DNA of 32,000 nucleotides from Pseudoalteromonas translucida KMM 520 (GTDB lineage Bacteria; Pseudomonadota; Gammaproteobacteria; Enterobacterales; Alteromonadaceae): NCBI RefSeq assembly GCF_001465295.1, contig NZ_CP011034.1, positions 2,940,001 to 2,972,000 of the forward strand, read 5' to 3'. Shown piece by piece: positions 28,088 to 32,000 of this stretch (position 1 is its first letter; each line of letters starts with the position of its first letter). The notes under the pieces were generated by a model. It saw only the letters and a program-made list of their open reading frames with translations, ran no database searches and was not told where the DNA came from. The position numbers and the translations under genes were made by a program.

Positions 28088-28264
28088 TTTTATCTTTACT
28101 TTAATTATGTGTAGGCTTCTAATTTACAATAACTTATATAGAGCTATTTTTTTAGTTATTATTAAACTTTCGAAATTATTTTTAATAATTGTAATAATAT
28201 TACGCATTGAGTATTCCTTATTACTCCACTAAAATGGCGCCCTTGAAAATCACTGAGGTTGGCC

Positions 28265-28918
28265 GTGTTAATTAACTACAATCCCCCAACAGATCCGTAT
28301 TTAACTATTCTGTATCAGGATGAGGATTTACTCATCGTTAATAAGCCTAGCGAGTTGTTAACCGTGCCAGGTAAAGACCCTAAACATGCCGATTGCTTAA
28401 TAAGCCGAGTTAACCGAGTTTTTCCTACCGCTAAAATAGTGCATCGTTTAGATATGGCAACGTCAGGCATACTTTGCTTGGCAATGAATAAAGGTGCGCA
28501 CCGCCATGTAAGTATGCAGTTTCAGGAGCGCGAAACCGCCAAGCGCTATATTGCCCGGATATATGGGCAACTTGAGGCGCAAACCGGCTCAGTTGATTTA
28601 CCGCTTATTTGCGATTGGCCTAATCGCCCCAAGCAAATGGTTGATCACGAAAACGGTAAGCCGTCGCTTACGCATTTTAAAATACTTGAACGTGAACCTG
28701 ATGCAACCCGTGTAGAACTAACTCCTATTACAGGGCGCTCGCACCAGTTGCGTGTACATATGCTAAGCCTAGGCCATCCTATTTTAGGGGATAGGCTTTA
28801 CGCGCATAAAGCGGCACTGGCTGCGGCGCCGCGCTTGCAATTACACGCACAAATGCTCAGCTTAAAACATCCCACTACTGAGCAAATACTTACATTTGAA
28901 GCTGCCCCTGATTTTTAG
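28265..28918 (+). CDS. rluA: Pseudouridine synthase RluA (23S rRNA/tRNA dual specificity)
   Basis: NYNPPTDPYLTILYQDEDLLIVNKPSELLTVPG parallels the E. coli RluA N-terminus as I recall it. Catalytic HRLDMATSG motif is present. GTG 28265 has GAGG 6 nt upstream. The track start, TTG 28259, has no spacer. Confidence 0.9.
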   Translation: MLINYNPPTDPYLTILYQDEDLLIVNKPSELLTVPGKDPKHADCLISRVNRVFPTAKIVHRLDMATSGILCLAMNKGAHRHVSMQFQERETAKRYIARIYGQLEAQTGSVDLPLICDWPNRPKQMVDHENGKPSLTHFKILEREPDATRVELTPITGRSHQLRVHMLSLGHPILGDRLYAHKAALAAAPRLQLHAQMLSLKHPTTEQILTFEAAPDF

Positions 28919-28935
28919 CGCTAACACTTAATATT

Positions 28936-28965
28936 AAAGTTTAGCCTGTTACGCTAAACTTTTTT
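28936..28965 (+). terminator. Rho-independent terminator of rluA
   Basis: aaagtttagc-ctgttac-gctaaacttt, a 10-bp perfect stem running into a tttttt tract, 18 nt after the stop. Confidence 0.8.
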
Positions 28966-29004
28966 GCTGCTGCGCCGATATCTAAATAATGTTTTTTATT
29001 TGAG

Positions 29005-29991
29005 TTGGTTATGGTATTGGCGCAGTATTTAAAGGTAATTAAACTAAACGTACTGCTAAGCTGTGCGCTACTTTTAACTGTGCAAGTAACTGCAGCAGAG
29101 CATATTGCCCCACCCTCGTATGCAAGTATTGAAAACAATGATATTCAACACTTACTTCCCAATGATGAAATAAAGCCTATATTAGCTGGCGATACTGAAT
29201 TTTTAACCTTATACAGCGAGTATATGAGTGCTGATTTTAGAGGCACTGTACTGCTTATACCTGATTGGCAATCAAGCGCGACCAATAATGCCGGAATGAG
29301 CTTTTTACGCAAAGAACTGAATAATTTAGGCTACATTACCTACGCAATGACAGTACCTGATATTAACTGGCAGGCGAGTGAAATAGCCACTGCTGCAACT
29401 AACGAAAGCACTACAACTGAAAGCACCTCAGCTGAAAATATTCTTGCCCAAAGCACTGATAATGAAAGTGTTGCTGTTGAAAGTACTACTATTGAGGATG
29501 TTGGTGCAAACAAAAGTGCTGAGCCACACCACGTTAATGCCATTGAAAAAGTGAGTGACGCGGTACTCGATAACTATAAAGTAAATTTAATCGCCCGCTA
29601 TGAAGCACTGTATAATACAGCAATGGCAGAGCCAAATAATATTGTAGTCATTGCCCAGGGGATCAGTGCTGGCGTGCTACTTGAACATTATGCGCAATTT
29701 CCCGACTCAAGACTTAATGCATTTATAAGTTTAAGCAGTTATTTACCTAACAGTAAACGTAATCAAGACTTAAGCCAAACTTCGTCCTTAATTGCCCCAC
29801 CATTACTGGATATTTACTACGCTAACGATAACAACGAGATTTTAATGAACCTTAAAAGTCGTCAGCGCTGGGTTAACCGCAATGCAAAATTTGATTATCG
29901 CCAACGCCAGTTATTTGGTTTGCGCAATCAGCCCGATCAGCATGCCCGCCTAAGTAAAGAAATAGACGGTTTTTTACGCCGCCTTTTTTAA
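29005..29991 (+). CDS. Secreted alpha/beta-hydrolase-like protein (possibly DUF3530 family) with an acidic Ser/Thr-rich insert
   Basis: 328 aa. Signal peptide (LLSCALLLTVQVTAAEH). GxSxG nucleophile-elbow-like motif (QGISAG). Low-complexity segment NESTTTESTSAENILAQSTDNESVAVESTTIED. The start is either TTG 29005 or ATG 29011. The family assignment is tentative. Confidence 0.5.
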   Translation: MVMVLAQYLKVIKLNVLLSCALLLTVQVTAAEHIAPPSYASIENNDIQHLLPNDEIKPILAGDTEFLTLYSEYMSADFRGTVLLIPDWQSSATNNAGMSFLRKELNNLGYITYAMTVPDINWQASEIATAATNESTTTESTSAENILAQSTDNESVAVESTTIEDVGANKSAEPHHVNAIEKVSDAVLDNYKVNLIARYEALYNTAMAEPNNIVVIAQGISAGVLLEHYAQFPDSRLNAFISLSSYLPNSKRNQDLSQTSSLIAPPLLDIYYANDNNEILMNLKSRQRWVNRNAKFDYRQRQLFGLRNQPDQHARLSKEIDGFLRRLF

Positions 29992-30834
29992 ATACTCGTA
30001 AGCAGCTTGAATATCTTGGCTTTTTTTAACCGCTAATTCCATCATATGTTTTGGTAAGCCTTGCGATACCAATTTATCAGGGTGATGCTGCGCCATCAGT
30101 TTTCGATACGCGAGCTTTATTTCTCGTGCTGTTGCTGAGTCATTAAGCCCTAATAATGCCAACGCTTGTGCGCGGTTTATATTATTATTAGGTGGTACAT
30201 GATGGCCTGAACCTTCACGGTAACTGCTACTTTGCCCTTGTTGCTGTTGTTTATAACGCTGTTGCTGCTGCCTAAAGCTAAACTCTGCTTGGTAACGCTT
30301 TAATACAAAAGCAAAGTGCGCTCTAGATACGCCTAACTGTTTACTCACTTCTTGTAAAAGTAATTTTTCTTGCTCAGCGAGTACACCATCTGAGAATGCC
30401 ATTTGAATTTGAATTTCTAAAAATAGCTGTAATAAATCATAACGCTTAGCAAAACGCTCTTTAAAGTCTTGTACTGTTTCTTTTAATGAAAAATCATTTT
30501 CTTTACCCGACTGAAATGCATGCTGTGCTTCGCGGCGCTCTTCACCTTGTAAGCCCATTTCGTCCATAAATAACGTTGCAGCTTTAATATGTACTTCGCT
30601 AATGCGCCCATTTGATTTAGCAATATGGCCCATAACTGCAAAACAGCTAGAAAAAAACAGCGCTTGACGCTCGTTTACGTCGTCACCTTTAAATAAGTTT
30701 GAAAAGCCACCGGCTTTATCAAAATCTTTTTTTAAGCTTTTATCAAACATATGGCCAAGGTATAGGCCAAAAATGGCACCAAAGATTTTGCCAAACATAA
30801 AACCGAAAATAAACCCGAGTATTTTTCCCCACAT
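29974..30834 (-). CDS. djlA: Membrane-anchored DnaJ-like co-chaperone DjlA
   Basis: 286 aa. N-terminal TM (ILGFIFGFMFGKIFGAIFGLYLG), TerB-like middle region and a C-terminal J domain with HPDK. Confidence 0.9.
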   Translation of the reverse strand: MWGKILGFIFGFMFGKIFGAIFGLYLGHMFDKSLKKDFDKAGGFSNLFKGDDVNERQALFFSSCFAVMGHIAKSNGRISEVHIKAATLFMDEMGLQGEERREAQHAFQSGKENDFSLKETVQDFKERFAKRYDLLQLFLEIQIQMAFSDGVLAEQEKLLLQEVSKQLGVSRAHFAFVLKRYQAEFSFRQQQQRYKQQQQGQSSSYREGSGHHVPPNNNINRAQALALLGLNDSATAREIKLAYRKLMAQHHPDKLVSQGLPKHMMELAVKKSQDIQAAYEYLKKAA

Positions 30835-30851
30835 CTAAATTATTACCTCTA

Positions 30852-31505
30852 TTAAATTTGTCGTTGATTAAGTGCTGATAATCGCTCAGGAGTACCTACA
30901 TCATCCCATTGGCCTATGTAGAGTTCGGTAGAGACTAAATGTTCAGTTAATTTTTTAGCTAAAATAGGCCCAAGCGGACGAACACCTTGCTCAAAATCGT
31001 TAAAAAAATCGGCTTGATACCGGCCAATTCCAGAAAATGTATATTTTTGACTATCACTCGACAAATGACTGAGCGCAAAATCACCGTTAGGATTATGCGG
31101 CGGATTTTCTATCAGTACTATGTGCGCCTCACCCGCTTGTAAATGCAGCTGAGTTAACGCGCTTACGTCGTAATCGGTATATATGTCGCCATTTATAACA
31201 ATAAAAGTGTCGCCTAATAGCGGTAGCGCAGCAATAATGCCACCGGCCGTTTCAAGGCCGCCTGCCACTTCTTGGCTGTAGCGTATATTTACGCCCCATT
31301 TGCTGCCATTGGCAAAATAATCTTTAATTTTATCACCTTGCCACGCAAGGTTTATTACTATTTCGGTAATACCCGCCGCTTTAAGATTAACAATATGATG
31401 CTCAATTAATGGCTTACCCGCTACTGCCAACATAGGTTTAGGCATATTTTGCGTTAGCGGCATCATGCGTTGTCCGCGCCCTGCCGCTAAAATCATCGCC
31501 TTCAT
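30852..31505 (-). CDS. murU: N-acetylmuramate alpha-1-phosphate uridylyltransferase (MurU-type nucleotidyltransferase)
   Basis: 217 aa. N-terminus MKAMILAAGRGQRMMPLTQNMPKPML typical of sugar-1-P nucleotidyltransferases. Its start overlaps the stop of the upstream kinase gene (ATGA), as in amgK-murU pairs. Confidence 0.75.
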   Translation of the reverse strand: MKAMILAAGRGQRMMPLTQNMPKPMLAVAGKPLIEHHIVNLKAAGITEIVINLAWQGDKIKDYFANGSKWGVNIRYSQEVAGGLETAGGIIAALPLLGDTFIVINGDIYTDYDVSALTQLHLQAGEAHIVLIENPPHNPNGDFALSHLSSDSQKYTFSGIGRYQADFFNDFEQGVRPLGPILAKKLTEHLVSTELYIGQWDDVGTPERLSALNQRQI

Positions 31506-32000
31506 GTGCGCTCCTTAGCCAAGCGCTCAACCACTTTAGGAACAATAGTATTTTGTATAAATAAGCCAAGGCCCTGCAGCTCTGAATAATTAGCAGCTAC
31601 CTCTACAATATATGTAAGTGTAGGTAGTATATTAGCCAAATACCCTTTTTTACCATCACGTAAATACAAGCGACAAAAAATACCGGCCGCTTTTAAGTGG
31701 CGCTGTAAACCGGTTAAATCAAACCAATATTTAAATTCATTAAAGGTAACATTAGCAATTAAACCTTGGCGATTAAATTCATCGTACCCGTATTTAACTA
31801 AATGAGTTAATTCGCTCTCTGGCAGTTTAAAATAGCAATCGCGTAACAAAGACACTAAGTCGTAACATAGCGGCCCGCGTACAGCATCTTGATAATCTAT
31901 GATCGCCCATTGCTGGTTGCAGCGCATAATATTACGACTATGGTAATCGCGGTGCATGGTAACGCTAGGCTGAGCAAGCATGGTATTGCTAAGCAGATCA
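31502..32000 (-). CDS. amgK: Anomeric MurNAc/GlcNAc kinase (AmgK, aminoglycoside-phosphotransferase fold), C-terminal part only
   Basis: Brenner-type catalytic motif HRDYHSRN. The frame stays open upstream of the track's Met (DLLSNT-MLAQ...) to the window edge, so the gene is truncated by the window. Confidence 0.7.
   Translation of the reverse strand, partial: DLLSNTMLAQPSVTMHRDYHSRNIMRCNQQWAIIDYQDAVRGPLCYDLVSLLRDCYFKLPESELTHLVKYGYDEFNRQGLIANVTFNEFKYWFDLTGLQRHLKAAGIFCRLYLRDGKKGYLANILPTLTYIVEVAANYSELQGLGLFIQNTIVPKVVERLAKERT

Noticed and set aside
27070-28264. Direct repeats (att-like) or mobility genes flanking the FRG islet.
   Set aside because: Comparing 27070-27170 with 28088-28264 by eye gave no shared string longer than about 7 nt. 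No integrase, transposase or tRNA is nearby. The insertion mechanism is therefore unknown, and I do not call the region a mobile element.
28941-29138. 65-aa minus-strand ORF between rluA and the hydrolase-like gene.
   Set aside because: It overlaps the rluA terminator hairpin and the signal-peptide-coding start of the plus-strand gene. It has no SD, so it is most likely spurious.

Overview
This is an AT-rich gammaproteobacterial chromosome segment. Gene content and order resemble a marine Alteromonadales or Pseudoalteromonas-type genome, but the taxon is inference only. I support 22 protein-coding genes, two of them cut by the window edges. Most are core genes in conserved blocks: (partial ORF)-rdgB-hemW at the left end, and rapA-[insert]-rluA-secreted hydrolase-like-djlA-murU-amgK at the right end. 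Between them lie a DUF885 lipoprotein, an orphan 228-aa protein, a SIMPL-like protein, and a PatZ-type acetyltransferase abutting a Kv-type K+ channel. There is also a 1505-aa propeller/PAS/GGDEF/EAL sensor, a 67-aa ORF, DUF1289, an acyltransferase and a 2-hydroxyacid dehydrogenase. A co-directional cluster encodes PIN-PhoH, a tripartite hybrid histidine kinase and a REC-GGDEF regulator. I found no rRNA, tRNA, CRISPR array, transposase or integrase. The best candidate for something new is a single, compositionally foreign FRG-domain gene (27170-28087, minus strand) wedged with its own terminator between rapA and rluA, which are normally adjacent. It looks like a one-gene accessory islet of unknown, possibly defence or conflict-related, function. 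Secondary non-coding signals are: (1) a 22-nt motif present twice (21/22 identical) as part of a longer leader-like element, once in front of the orphan ORF and once in front of no intact ORF; (2) an (AGCC)6 microsatellite in a promoter region; (3) a 68-bp element with perfect 14-bp terminal inverted repeats; (4) several perfect palindromes in two long intergenic regions. All family assignments come from motifs read by eye in the translations. No database search was run.
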